A stretch of DNA of 64,000 bases from Heterodontus francisci (lineage: Eukaryota), in NCBI RefSeq assembly GCF_036365525.1, contig NC_090404.1, positions 6,696,001-6,760,000 on the forward strand, written 5' to 3'. The position numbers were made by a program, and so were the translations under genes. Position 1 is the first letter of the stretch, and each line of letters opens with the position of its first letter. Of the stretch, positions 51,240-64,000 are shown one piece after another. Under the pieces are notes generated by a model. The model saw only the letters and a list, made by a program, of their open reading frames with translations. It did not search any database and was not told the DNA's origin.

Positions 51240-51660
51240 TCACCGAACTCACTGAACCTCTCTCTCAGAATGCACCTAACTCACTGAACATCTCTCCTAT
51301 CCTCGGACTGCACTGAACTCAGTGAACCTCTCTCCTCTCTCTCAGACTGAACTCACTGAACCTCTCCTCTCTCTCAGACTGAACTTAGTGAACCTCTCTC
51401 CCCTCTCTCAGACTGAACTCACTGAACCTCTCTTCTCTCTCAGACTTAACTCACTGAACCTTCTGCACTCTCTCAGACTGAACTCACTGAACTTCTCCCC
51501 TCTCTCAGACTGAACTCACTGAATCTCTCTCCTCTCTCTCAGACTGAACTCACTGAACCTCTCTTCTCTCTCAGACTGAACTCACTGAACCTCTCTCCTC
51601 TCTCAGACTGAACTCACTGAACCTCTCTCCGCCCTGTCAGACAGACTGCACTGAACTCGT
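51240..51660 (+). repeat. Tandem repeat with a ~30-34-bp unit CTGAACTCACTGAAC(CT)nCAGA
   Basis: About 12 adjacent imperfect copies read directly. Confidence 0.9.
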
Positions 51661-52989
51661 TAGATCTGTTTCCTCTCTCTCTCGCTCTCTCTCAGACAGA
51701 CCTTGCCTCACTTAAAATCTCCTATTTTCTCTTTGCGGAAAATGCATTTTATTAATTTCCCCTCATTTCTCCCAGTGATTAAGCTCAATCCATCTCCCCC
51801 TTCATTAAAACCCAAATAAACTCATATGATTTATTTTTTAAAATGTGAATAGAGGTGAATGCAATGCTGAGTCCAGAAGCAATCTGTGTGCTGGTTCTTG
51901 ATGCTGTCAGAGTGAATCCACCCTCACAGGCAGGAAAATTGTTCATGGTGATAATATGAAACTGACAACTGCTGTTTCATTCTCGGGCAACACAACTTCC
52001 TGTTTCTCTGCTGTTGGTTCCAAACCGCACATCTCACTTCTGAGCAGAAAATAAATCCAGGGGTCACAATCTGGTGGAAACATCTGCCAAGGCGGCCAAT
52101 ATCTGTCCACAGAGTCGGTGCAAAGTCACACAGATCACATTGTGGTGACATTTACAAAGTAACCTGTTGTTTCTGATTTGATTCTCTATTCCCGGTCATA
52201 ACTGGCAGTGTCTGTGGATCAGTCACTGAGTTCCTTCTGCTCTCTGAAGCCTTGAGCAAGTCTTTTTCTCCCTTTCATTTTATATCATTCTCTCTGTGTG
52301 TTCTTTGTTTCCTCTATTTCTCAGCTTTTATCTCTCACCACCACGTGTTTCTGCCTTTTTTCAAGTCTCTCTCAGTTTTTCTCTGAGTCTTTCTGTCTAT
52401 CATTCCCTTGTATCCCTCTCCATTTGTGAATCTTCAGATTTAATCGATATGTCCAAAAATGAGGGTTTTTTGATAGATTTTATAAGAAGAAACAAGGGTG
52501 TTCTCTTAGAGGAGAAAAGGTTAAGGGGAGATTTAATAGAAGTGTGCAAAATCCGGAAGGATTTTTGATCGAGTAGATAGGGAGAAACTGTTGCCAATAG
52601 CAGGAGGGTTTGTAACCAGAGGACACCGAGATTTGAGATATTTGGCAACACAACCAGATGGGGAGATGAGGGGACTTTTGTTTTAACACCGCGATTTGTT
52701 GTGACCTCGAATGCACAGCGTGAAAGGCCGCTGGAAGCAGATTGAACAGTAACGTTCAAAGGGAATTGGATAAGTACCTGAAGGGCAGCAAATTGGCAGC
52801 GTTATGGGGAATGGGACTAATTGGACCACTCACTTAACTTTGTGACACTCTGAATGTTCCTCTGGCGAGGTTTGAAGTTTGATTTTTTCAGTCATAAAGT
52901 TCCCTAAAAAGAAGATTTAAAACATTAGTTTCTATGAACTGTCAGATCCAGCCCCTGTGTAACCCGAGGACTGCAAAAAAGAAAAAAGA

Positions 52990-53410
52990 TAGACTTGCAT
53001 TTGTCTAGTGCCTTTCACCAGATGTTGCAAAATGCTTCACAGCCAATGAAGTACTTTTGAAGTGTAGTCACTGTTGTAATGCAGGAAACTCAGCAGCCAA
53101 TTTGCAAACAGCAATGTGATATGTTTTTGTGATCTTGACTGAGGGATAAATATTGGCCAGGTCACCAGGGATAACTCCCTTGTTCTTCTTCCAAATAGCA
53201 CCTTGAGATTTTTTCTCTCCACCCGAGCAAGCAGACAGGGCCTCGGTTTAACATCCCATCTGAAAGATGGGACCTCTGGCAGTGCAACACCCCCTCACTA
53301 CTGCGCCACAGTGCCAGTCGTGATTTTTTTGCTTAAGCCCTGGAGTGGGTCTTGAAACCGGAAACTTGTGACTCTGAGGTGAGAGTGTTACCAATTGAGG
53401 CACAGCTGAC
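52990..53410 (-). mobile_element. DeuSINE-like (SacSINE1/AmnSINE-like) element
   Basis: TTGCATTT...GCCTTTCAC, CAGCCAATGAAGTACTTTTGAAGTGTAGTCACTGTTGTAATG and CAGACAGGGCCTCGGTTTAACATC...GAAAGA, with a tRNA-like head at the right end. Confidence 0.7.
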
Positions 53411-54889
53411 AGGTGCAGAAGGATGAGAAGGAACAGATTATTTTTGGTTCCTCTGAGAGAGGCACCATTGTCACCCCAGATATCAGAAATCGCTGGAGTC
53501 CGTCATGTCCTCATGGTCAAAGCATTTTGTGTATCAGCTCTTAGTCAGGTGGTGTCGGTCACAAGTGCCTCTGTCATGACGTTTCCACTCCTATTTGATC
53601 ACACAACTCCCTGCTTCACTCACCATAACACAGAAGCCTGCACGAGGCTCAAAACATCATTGTTTCCGGGCACCTTTTCTTCCCACTGCAGTCGAGTGTT
53701 TATTAGTCACATGCTTCCGTCAGTGTAATAACGCCTGCCGTAAAAGCAGCCTCTGTTACTGATACCCTGGAGCCAGCCTCTGTGATTATTATTATACCAG
53801 GTCCCAGTCTGTGCCGGGCCCTGCAGTCATATCTCCCTTCACAAAAACAAGGGTGAAGAGATTTTTTGGGGGGATTGGGCAGCACGTCAAACCTGCAATG
53901 ATGTTTTGGGAACCCCTGCCTCGCTGAATGGAGAAACTGTGCAGAATAGCTCTGTCTGCCATTCCCATCACATCTTCTGAGTCAAAGAAGATAGTGGGCA
54001 AAAGAACTGAAAGACTAACACTTAACATTTATACTAACACTGGGAGCATCGGCCTAGATTATGTGGTTGAGTCTCTGGAGTGCGGCTTGAAAACACAACC
54101 TTCAGATTTAGGAGTGAGTGGGCCACCAATTAAACAATGCTGACATAATCTGTTCCCAGTTGCCATTGCACTGAACAGTGCCTGTGTCATTACACTAATC
54201 CTACCTCATTCAGACTGCAGTGGTCCTTGACTCTGTTATTAGGCAAAACATTTACGATTATATCAATAGATTCTGACTCATGCGCACTATGAGATGAGAC
54301 CCGGACTTTCGATTTGGTGCACTAGATACTGACTGTGTTATCATCATACTGGATCCAGTGATGTGCTTAGTCAGACACTGCAGCCTGCTCCGTTATTATT
54401 GCATCAAACACTGTCTTTGTTGCACTCAAGTTAAGCCACCTCTTACTCTGGACCCTGTCTCCACTCTCATTAGTCACTGTTACTTTAGTTGTTACACTTA
54501 TAACTTTGTCACTGTTATTATTCGAAAAATAAACTGCTGTTATTCCAATTCTAGTGTCTGCTTCCATTATTATGACTGTAAACCTTGTCCCTGTCATTTT
54601 TCGATAGGAACCTGTTTCTGCTATTGTTAAAGTTGACCCTGCTTCTGTTAATGTTACACCATGACCACTTGCAGTTATTACTGTACAAAGTATTGTTTCA
54701 ACTATTATTCCAGAAAAACATGTTGCTTGCAGATTCACGTCAGGTCCTGTCTCTCTGTTATTACTGCACTAGCCCATATCTCTGTTTATACATGGTATCA
54801 AGCAATCTGCAATCACAGTTTGAATAAAATCCTGTGAAATACGCACATGTCTTTGTGGAACAATCTTGTAATTAAGGATGATTTGTTTT

Positions 54890-54910
54890 GCACACGCACA
54901 CACACTCAAG

Positions 54911-54943
<33 letters not shown>

Positions 54944-54945
54944 GT
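54890..54945. repeat. (CA)n/(CG)n microsatellite
   Basis: Read directly. Confidence 0.95.
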
Positions 54946-54959
54946 GCAGATAACACATT

Positions 54960-55463
54960 GTGTGTTCCCATTTCACTTTAGCTATTGATCAGGTGAGAGT
55001 TTTCTCGTGGGCATTCGGACCCTGCAGCGGCCCATCAGCCGGTACTGCGAGGTCACTGTTCCAGGCTGTTTCTGACACAATCACTAGGTCAGGAGAAAGC
55101 TAAATTGAAACTCCTGCAGGGTCAAAAAATCCTGAACATTAAAAACTGAGCATTTTCACAGTACAACACAAGAGTGAATTACAAACTTCAAGACAACAGA
55201 GTTTGTCACTATGTCGTGTGAAGTGCAGTGCACTATTGTTCACCTTTAGTCCTATCCCTCAACCCCAGTACATTTCTGGGAAATCGGCACAAGACTCATC
55301 CCATCCTTTGAACACAGATATTACCCACAAAATACCGGAGCAATTAGCAACTGCACATAGCTGCTGATACTATTGACAAGAATAAACATTTTCATTCAGA
55401 CAGAAAAGTATTGCACTCTCCCACACAGACAAATATATGAGGTAGAAATTGGTCCCAGTTCAG
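54960..55463 (-). pseudogene. Decayed leader-intron-V relic (N-terminal half of a V domain)
   Basis: Leader-like (L)NWDQFLPHIFVCV|G at 55463-55421 with mutated donor GAGAGTG. Acceptor CTGCAG ends at 55114, then GVSI*LSPDLVIVS / GTVTSQYRL / LQGPNAH / PDQ*LK* across frameshifts. Homologous to 59635-59970. Confidence 0.4.
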
Positions 55464-58400
55464 TGGCACAGAAAGGATATTATCAGATTGACTGCCCAGT
55501 ATCGCCAGCACCTGACATTTAATTCCATTGACAGTAGTGAAACTAAGTATCGTGCGCTGCGTAGAACGGGTGGCCAATCCCATAGCGACCGTGTTGAGCT
55601 GTCACCCGAGACCAATTTCCAATCCAACATCATTAATGACAATGTTTTTTCATCTCATAGAGACATGGCCTAGTGAAGTGATAACCTGGACAGGGTCTCG
55701 TGTAATATAAACAGAGAAAGGGACCAGTGCAATATAAACGGAGACATGGTCCTGTGTAGTAACAGCTGAGACAGAATGTAAAGTAGTAATAACTGAGAGA
55801 ATAACTGATAACTAATAACTGATAACTAATAACTAATGCAATATGATCAGGGACAGGGTCTTGTGCAGGAATACTGAGAGAGGGCTTAGTGCACCAATTA
55901 TTGATACAGGACCTCTAGTAATATAAACGAACACTGGGTCTGGTCCAGTAATTACTGAGACAGGGCCGAGAGCAGTAAAAACTAAGATTGGGTCCCGTGT
56001 AGTATTAACAGACATGGTCTAGTGTAATTTAAACCGATGCATGATCCAGCGTAATATGAAATGAGTCGAGTGCAGTAAAAATTGAGACAGACTGTTGTGT
56101 CATGTGAACAGTGACATGGAACAGTGTCATATAAAGTGAAACAGCGTCTAGTATAAGAAAAGCTGAGACAAGGTCCAGTGCAGTTTTAAATGATGGAGAT
56201 CATTGTGTATTATAAACTGATACAGACCCTAGTGCAGTAATTACTGATACAAGACCTCGATTTCTATGAGCTGAGACATGGACAGTGCAGCAATAGGTGC
56301 GACAGGGTTACATGTAGTAGTAACAGAGAGATGGTTAATTACAGGACAGAGACAGGGCATTGTGTGATATAAACAGACAGGGCATTGTGTGATACAAGCA
56401 GAAATATGGTCCAGTATATTAACACTTGAGTTTGGGCCAATACCGAAATAACTGAGGCATGGACTGTTTTTTATATGATCAGAGACAAAGTTTATTGGAA
56501 TACAAATAGGACAATGACCTAGTGTAATATAAACAGGGGCAACAGCTATTATAATATTGACTGGAGCAGGCTCTAGCTTCATATAAACTGAGACCGAGTC
56601 CAGTGTAATATAAACAGATACAGGGTCCAGTGCAGTAATAACTGAAGCAGCGCCTGTTTCATGTAAACAATCGGGCTTTCACTGACACCTGGTGGTTGCG
56701 TTTGGCCATTGCTCCTATTTTGAAAATATCGATGTCAGCTACTGTTTCTGATAGTAATACACCAAGAAACAACTAGCATTGATGCACAAGATCATCACCT
56801 TCTCTAAGAGGTCCCAAAATGTGTGGTGCAACTAATTCCAGATGAACGTGGCCGATTTGTGCCCAGAAACATCAATAATAGAGCAAAGTGACTGAACATC
56901 TGTTAATGTATTTTCATTGATCTTGGTTGATAAGGTTGTGGCACTTGTGGCAGCACCTGCCCCTCAATGATTGGCCTTCCCAGCCCTAAGCGAAGGTGCA
57001 CCAAGAGAAGGCATCCCACATAAATGAATGGTTTGCTGCATGTAGATGGAAGGATGTCAAACCATGGTTGAAGGGAGGAATGTTGATCAGGACACAGTGT
57101 GGGAACTATGGGAGCTTTAATATCCACATCAACAGAGAAGAGGGAGGGGAGAGACTATTGGTACATGATTTCACCTGAAAGACAATGGGGGGCGGGTGGG
57201 GGGGGAGGGGAGGTGGGGACGTTCCAGATACTTTAAGTGCGAAGTAGCCTCCAACGGAGCCAAGGTGGGATCTTAAGCTGAAACATTGATTTAGCCTGCG
57301 TTTAATGGAAGATAATGTCTTGGTAAAAGAGTTGACACTTGGGCTAGGGTCCGGAGGTTCAGTCAGCAGCTGACTGTCACTGAAAATCGTCTGTTAGCGC
57401 TCATTGAATAGGCTGCACACCATTTTGGCAACTAGCACTTGGCCAACCCTCTCTCTAAACAACAACCAGCTGATTGGGAGTAAAACGTTGCTGCAGAGGT
57501 ATTGTGTGCAACTTAAAGGTACATCACCTTTTATTGTCCATTGGTTGCTGGAAGTTTGAAGAGGACTTTTGAAACCCATCTGGAGAATTTCTGGGACACT
57601 TTTCCGACTTTTCCAACACCCTATCAACATTTATTCTTGGAAATTCTCTGAAGGCCTCACTCAAGAAGTGTAAGAGCTGTGCGACGTAACTTTATCGGAG
57701 TCAACAGGAGAAAAGAAGTACTTGATCATTGGCACCTTGCTGGTTGACTGAATGGAGGGGAGAACATGAGGCCAGGCAGAGCAGCCCCAGCTGCTGTAGG
57801 ATAGTGAGACAGGAGGGTGAGGTGGTGTCCTGCCCCATTGCGGGTACAGGATATCCTTCCTCCCCAGAATCTCCTCCACCAAGACCTACAATGCTGTATC
57901 TGAGAATCTGTGCACACACTCAGTTGGTTCCTGAGCCATCCTTAAACATGTCACTGTGTGTCAGCCAGGCCACCCCACACTGAAACTCAAAGTGGGTTCA
58001 TGGTCCACATATCCTGCTTCAAGAAAATTGTGCTTAATCAGCACTTGAGAGCTAAATCTGCAGGTCTCTGGTTTAGCACCTTCAGGCAAATACAATTGTG
58101 GTAATTATCAATAAGGATCAAAATTGTATGCTAAATGCAGACATTCAAACAGGGTGTTTCATTAACACAGTGCCCATTGAGTCCCTGGCTTCACCCTATC
58201 AGCAAAATAACCCGCAAGTGTTTACTTATATATGTGTTTGTGTTTGTGAACAAAACACATCATATTGCTTGCAATTCCATAAATACAAATAATTAGCTTC
58301 ACTGGTTTTTATTTTAGCATTTATTAAATTCAAAATGTAATTGCAGATCGAGGGAAATGAGCAGCTACCCATCAGTCTCTGTTAAGTGTTCACCTCACCA

Positions 58401-59634
58401 TCACACAGAAGCTGCTGTTATTTCCCTCGAGTGTGTGATGATTTGTGCAAGTGATGGTAAAAATGAAACTGCCTGTACCTGAGGTGAAAATTACAAATCT
58501 GTAAATGACTGATTTATTATTTCCCACTTTTGCAAAGGAATGAAACAGTTGCTGCTTTTCAGTGAATTCAACACCATTTCTGTTTCCACAAACTTCCCTT
58601 TTAGCCTGTTACCTTCACTATCTACTCTCCGACGTCCTCCAGTATATTTATGGTTTAGTTCATTAATAACTGAGACACAAACTAACATACTATAAGAAGT
58701 GATATGGTTTCGTGTGGTATAAATAGTGCAGTAGTAACTAACGCATGGCCTAGCATAATATAAAAATACAACATGGTCTAGTGCAATATAGGTGGGACAT
58801 GATTTTGTGTAATATAAGTGGGACATGAGTTCGTGCAATAATAACTGAGAATAGCCTAATGTATTATAAACAGATAAATGGTCTCCTGCACTAATAATTG
58901 CACATGGTCTAATGTGGTAAGATGGAGCAGGCCTAGTGTAACATAAACAGAGATATGGTCCAGAGCAGAAATAACTGAGACACAGCTTAGTGTAATATGA
59001 GCAGATGCATGGTCCAGTGCAGCAAAAATCTAGAATGAGTCATGTGCAATATAAACAAAGAGATTTCGAATGCAGTGCCAACTGAGATAATTTCTAGTGT
59101 AATGTAAACAGGGACATGGTCTATTGCAGTAATAAATGAGGCAGGGTCTAATGTTATATAAACAGAGACATGGTCTAGTGCAGTAATAAATGACACAGGG
59201 TCTAGTGCAACATAAACAGAGGAAGAGTCTAGTGAAATATCAGCAGAGAATTTATTTAGTCGAGTGATAACTGAGTTAGGGTCTAGTGCAATGGAAATAG
59301 AAATATGGTTAATAACTGAGGGAGGCAGCAGGGCAATATAAGAGAGAGATGGTCCAGTACAGTAATAACTGAGTCAGAATCTTGTATAATATACTAAGAG
59401 GCACAATTTTCTGCATTGAAAACGGAGACAAGAAATAGGGCCGAGTGTAATGTAATGTAAACAGGGTTGAGTGTAATGTAATGTGTCCGACAGGACCATG
59501 TATCTGTCAATATTACATTAGTCTGCGTCTCAGTTCTCATTGCACTAGGCCATAGACCATTACAGTAGAAAAATAATCATTATGCTAAACTTTTGCCAAA
59601 CACTGGTAAGCCTCAGCTGGAGTAATGTAACAAA

Positions 59635-59970
59635 CTTTCAGAGATAAACTGGAATTGAAGGACAGAACTAACAGTGAGCAACAGAGCATGACTTTTTTTT
59701 TACTACGTAGTGACAAACTGTTGTGATAAATTTTGCTAATTCGTATTTGTGTTGGACTGTGATCATTGCTCACAGTTTCTTTTTCTTGTTAAATGATGTG
59801 TTTCCTGCAGGATTTTCTATTTCGCTTTCCTCTGACCAACTGACTGCATCAGACGGAGTCTGGAACTGTGACACCGCAAAGCCGTTTGGACTGCTGCAGG
59901 GTCCTAAAATCCACTGAATTATATAGCTCTCAGCCGCGACATCGGAACAACCTAAACGTAATCGAGCACA
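59635..59970 (+). pseudogene. Inverted paralogue of the 55-kb relic (intron plus partial V-like exon from 59811)
   Basis: TTTCCTGCAG|GA then FSISLSSDQLTAS / GTVTPQSRL / LQGPKIH*. Colinear similarity with the reverse complement of about 54960-55290, including the intron. Confidence 0.4.
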
Positions 59971-59994
59971 CACAAACACACATATAAGTGTACA

Positions 59995-59997
<3 letters not shown>

Positions 59998-60027
<30 letters not shown>
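59998..60027. repeat. (GT)n microsatellite
   Basis: Read directly. Confidence 0.95.
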
Positions 60028-60379
60028 ATGTGGATTCGACAAAGATAGATGATTATCTTCACAAATTATGTTTTAGCATTTTACTTCCTTCTCTTCAAAA
60101 CGTAGGATCAGATCATTTAATAAATTTGACCAAGGCTCTAAATTTATTGCACAAGATGATTTCGCTGTTTATAGGATACGACGTCACATCTCCGTCAATA
60201 TTACCCTAGATAATGTCTCTTTTAGTATTGCATTGCACAATGTGTCAATTAATTTTACACTAGATCCTGTCTCAGCTATTAGTACACCGTGCCAAGAATC
60301 TGTTGATATTACATTAGCTTTTGTCTCAGTTCTCATTGCACTAGACCATAGACTACACCAATAGAAAAATAAGGATTAG

Positions 60380-61600
60380 GATAAACTTTTACAAAACACC
60401 AGTAGGCCCCAGCCCTAGTGGAGTATTGTGCCCATTTCGGGGCGTCAAATTTTCAGAAGGACATCGAGGCATTGAAGAGGGTCCAGAAAGATTTTCGAAA
60501 ACGATACTTTGGGTGAAAGATTTCAGTTACATGAAGAGACTGAAGAAGCTGAGCTTGTTCTGCTGAGAGCAGAGAATGTTAAAAGGGGATGTCATAGAGA
60601 CATTCAACATCATGAAGAGGTTGGATAGAATAAATAGACTGAAAATATATCCAGTGGTAGAACGGTTGATAATCAGAGGACACAGATTCAAGTGGAAATG
60701 GAGTAGAATCTCAAAACTTGCAGATGACACCAAATCTCAAGGCCTGGAAAACAGTGAGGACGATGTAAACAGACTGCAAAAGGACATAGATAGGCGAGCG
60801 GAAAGGGCAGATAAGTGGCTGATAGAATTTAATACTGACAAGGGGGTGGTGATGTATTTTGGCAGAAGGAATAGGGAGAGGCAATATGTACTTATTGGTA
60901 CAGTTCTAAAGAGTGTGCAGGAACAGAGGGACCTTGGAGTGCATGGGCATCGATCTTTGAAGGTGGCAGGACATATTGAGTGAGTTTTTAGTAAAGCGTA
61001 TACGATCTTGGGCTTCATAAGCAGAGGCATTGAGAACAAAAGCAGCGAAGTTATGCTGAACTTCTATAAAGCTCTGGTTAGGCCACAACTGGAGTATTGC
61101 ATCCAGTTCTGGTCACCACACCTTTGGAAGGATGTGAGGGTCCTTGAGAGATATTTATCAGAATGGTTCCAGGGATGGATGATTTTAGTTACAAGCCTAG
61201 GTTGGAAAAACTGGGGTTATTCTCCTGAGAACAAAGGAGATTGGGGGGGGGGGAAATGACAGAAATGTACAAGATTATGAAAGACTTAGGTAAATTAGAG
61301 AAGGAAAACCCGTTCACATTAACTAATGGTACAAGGACTAGGGGACACAGATTGAAGGTTTGGGGCAAGTGATGCAGGTGGAATATGAGGAAGCACTTTT
61401 TATGCAGTGGGTGGTAATGATCTGGAACTCGCTGCCCACAAGGGTAGTGGAAGCAAAGACAAGAAATGACTTCAAAATGGAATTGGATAACCACTTGACG
61501 TAAACAGACTTGCAGGGATATGAGGATGCGCGGGGGAATGGGACTAATTGAATAGCTCTGTGGATTCAATGGGCCGAAAGGCCCCCTTCTGTACTGTAAA
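60380..61600 (+). mobile_element. Composite or nested degraded CR1 fragments
   Basis: An older fragment (..KGDVIETFNIM..IRGHRFK) is fused at about 60690 to a younger one (ISKLADDTK...VRPQLEYCIQFWSPH); CR1 tail near 61570-61600. Confidence 0.85.
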
Positions 61601-61939
61601 TAACTCTCTGACTGGAGGCGATGTGAGGGGGAAGATAAATGAGAGAGCGAATTGTTATAATCTGGAATGCACTGCCTGAAAGGATGGTGGAAGCAGATGG
61701 AATAATAACTTTTAAAAGGAAATTTAATAAACATTTCAAATTGAAAAAAAGATTGCACCGCTCTGTGGAAATAACAAGGGGTATTGGAATAATTGGATAG
61801 ATCTTTCAAAGAGTTGACACAGGCCTGAAAGGCTGAATGGTCTGTTTCTTAGCCTTATCATCTAGGAGTGTATGAGTAACTGGCTCAATCCAACACTCCT
61901 TTTTTTTAACATCTATTGTTAATAAAAAGAACAAAAGAA

Positions 61940-62400
61940 AAAGGTTGCATTTATATAGCGCCTTTCACGACCACAGGACGTCTCAAAAGCTTTGCAGCCA
62001 ATGAACAACTTGCGAAGTGTCATCACTTCTGTAATGTAGGAAATACAGCAACCAATTTGCACACAAGCAGACGAACACGCGAATTAGGAGCAGGAGTAGG
62101 CCACTTGGCCCCTCCACAAATAGCAATGTGATAATGACCAGATAATCTGTTTTTGTGATGTTGGTTGAGGAATGAATATTGGGGATACCTCCACTGCACT
62201 GTTTCGAAATAGTACAATGGGATCTTTTACACCTGAGAGGGCAGACAGCCTCGGTTTCATGCCCCATCCGAAAAACGGTATCTCTGACAGTGCAGCACGC
62301 TACTGGAGTGCCAGTGAAATTTTTATTTTCATGTCCTGGAGTAGGACTTGAAACTGGAACCTGAGAGGTGAGAGTACTACCAACTGAGCTATGGCTGATG
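61940..62400 (-). mobile_element. DeuSINE-like element
   Basis: TTGCATTTATATAGCGCCTTTCACGACC...CAGCCAATGAA...GCCTCGGTTTCATG..CATCCGAAA; same family as 52990-53410. Confidence 0.7.
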
Positions 62401-62429
62401 ATCAAAAGTTGATACTAATTAAAATATAG

Positions 62430-64000
62430 ATCAAGAAGGAATAGGTAAGTGGAACTCCAGGCATTCAACAGTTCAACTTTTGATTTAGATACAGTGTTAA
62501 ATCAGACTGAGTCCAGACCTCTCAGGTATTCCCCCGTAATGTACAGTGTGGCCGGTAGTACAGACACTGGCTGTGGGTTTGACCTTGAATCCAACACCAG
62601 AATCGCTCTGCCATTCTGGTATTGTACTGTATCAATCAATCATTTAGCAGGCAATCCAGAATTTAACAATAATCCAAAGGCTATATGGACAAAGTCGGTC
62701 TTTTTCTACAAAAGAAACTTCAGTGGACTGTGAATCGTTAAATATGTGGTGATCCTTAATAGATTGAGAAACATCAATCGACTGAGAGTGGTGAAAGGAT
62801 TGGGATTCATCGATGGATAGAGAGACATCAGTTGGTTGCAAACTATCAATTGTTTGAGAAAATTCATGGTTGTGGATCTATCAATAGTTTGGAACCATCA
62901 ATGGATTGAGAAACATCTCATGTTTGGGAAACTCGATGAAGAACAAAAATATTGAGAAATATCATTTGTTTTGAATCTGAAACCCGATTGACCCCTCCCC
63001 CTTATGTAAGAGGGAAATCCCTATTGATCCAGAAATGTCTCTCCGTCTATCTGTTTCTGTCAGTTGACGCAGAGACTGTTGTTTCTCTTGATTGCGGGGT
63101 AACGAGCGGGAATGGGAACTGTTCACAAACAAAATTAATAACCCTAGGTTATGGGGGACAGCCACTTATACAAGGGCGAGGGGTTAATCAGGAATGATAA
63201 ACTCAGCGCCATTCCCCTAAAAACACATCACTAATTATACCTCAATATTAATAATTAATTTTGCAGGGGCTCAGAACATTAGGAAAGGGTTTCAAGGTAT
63301 AAATGCGGAGCAGAAATTTGTGAGGAAAGCTAATTACTGAATATTCCCAAACTGGTATCTTATCGGAGGCTTTATATCCGTACTGCTGTTTTCCCGACAG
63401 TAAACAAGCCTAACACATAAGTGCAGCTGGATGAGAAGCAGGATTTTGCATTAACCTCATGCTATAAAGCACTGGCCTGAGAATCATCTTCAAAACTGTG
63501 ATTGAAATCACCATATTCAGCAACGTCACCAACTCAGCTCTGTCCGGCTGAAATACCATATCGACTCTAACCACATGTCTCCATCCTGCTCCTATTATTT
63601 CTCTTATTAAAGAGTTGGAGGGAATCAAGCGTTATGGGGGACAGGCAGGAAAGTGGAGTTAAGGCCACAGCCAGATCTTATGATCTTATTGAATGGCGGA
63701 GCAGGCTCGAAGGGCTGAATGGCCTACTCCTGTTCCTATTTCTTCGGTTCTTATCACAGTGACCCTATAACATCAACCTGAGTAAATCTCACTGAAATAC
63801 TGAACTCGTGAACAGTTCATTCAGTGTATTCAAAGGCTGAATAGAGAGGCTCTGGCGAATGTGGTTAAAGGAATTAAGGACATTTGAATTTGTGACCACA
63901 GTGTGTAATACCCACAGGATATATTTCACTGTGGCAATGAGTTACAATAAATATATGGCGGTAAAGAAAGTTACAATTCATATACCTTTGATCCGTGCTG
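62430..64000 (+). repeat. Diverged segmental paralogue of the VH upstream block (reverse complement of about 37540-39130; 62878-64000 corresponds to 1-1150)
   Basis: Colinear matches such as GCGCCATTCCCCTAAAAA, GCATTAACCTCATGCTATA and GGACATTTGAATTTGTGACCACAGTGTG. A shared CR1 tail lies at 764-900 and 63619-63754. Confidence 0.9.

Noticed and set aside
51240-51660. CRISPR-like repeat array
   Set aside because: The context is vertebrate, and there are no unique spacers or cas genes.
51924-52170. Possible further Ig-like relics here (minus strand) and at about 58320-58490
   Set aside because: Only isolated motif fragments (PGFIFC; LTIT..EAAV) without an ordered set of V-domain landmarks.

Overview
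Cartilaginous-fish (shark) genomic DNA from an immunoglobulin heavy-chain region. The VH resembles horn-shark-type IgM VH, and the repeats are HE1 SINE and CR1/HER1 LINE types. Bases 1-38.7 kb form a near-perfect giant palindrome. Each arm carries an intact leader-intron-VH gene with a canonical 23-RSS. About 450 bp downstream, where D1 belongs, there is no D segment but a precise 12-RSS/23-RSS signal joint (CACTGTG|CACAGTG). No D2, J or C exon is recognisable. The assembly shows four copies of this cassette. The 16.3-kb direct repeat around the 13-N gap (19932-19944) looks like an unmerged contig overlap, so two real copies are likely. The 2.17-kb palindrome spacer is a template-switch mosaic: an inverted 1.8-kb third copy plus a probable CR1 5' end. 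Several heavily decayed V-domain-like relics appear upstream of the VH and at about 55 and 60 kb; these are by-eye calls. The right 25 kb holds a decaying C2H2 zinc-finger array, many LINE and SINE fragments, a ~26-bp minisatellite family, and a diverged paralogue of the VH upstream block, which predicts another VH just beyond the window end.
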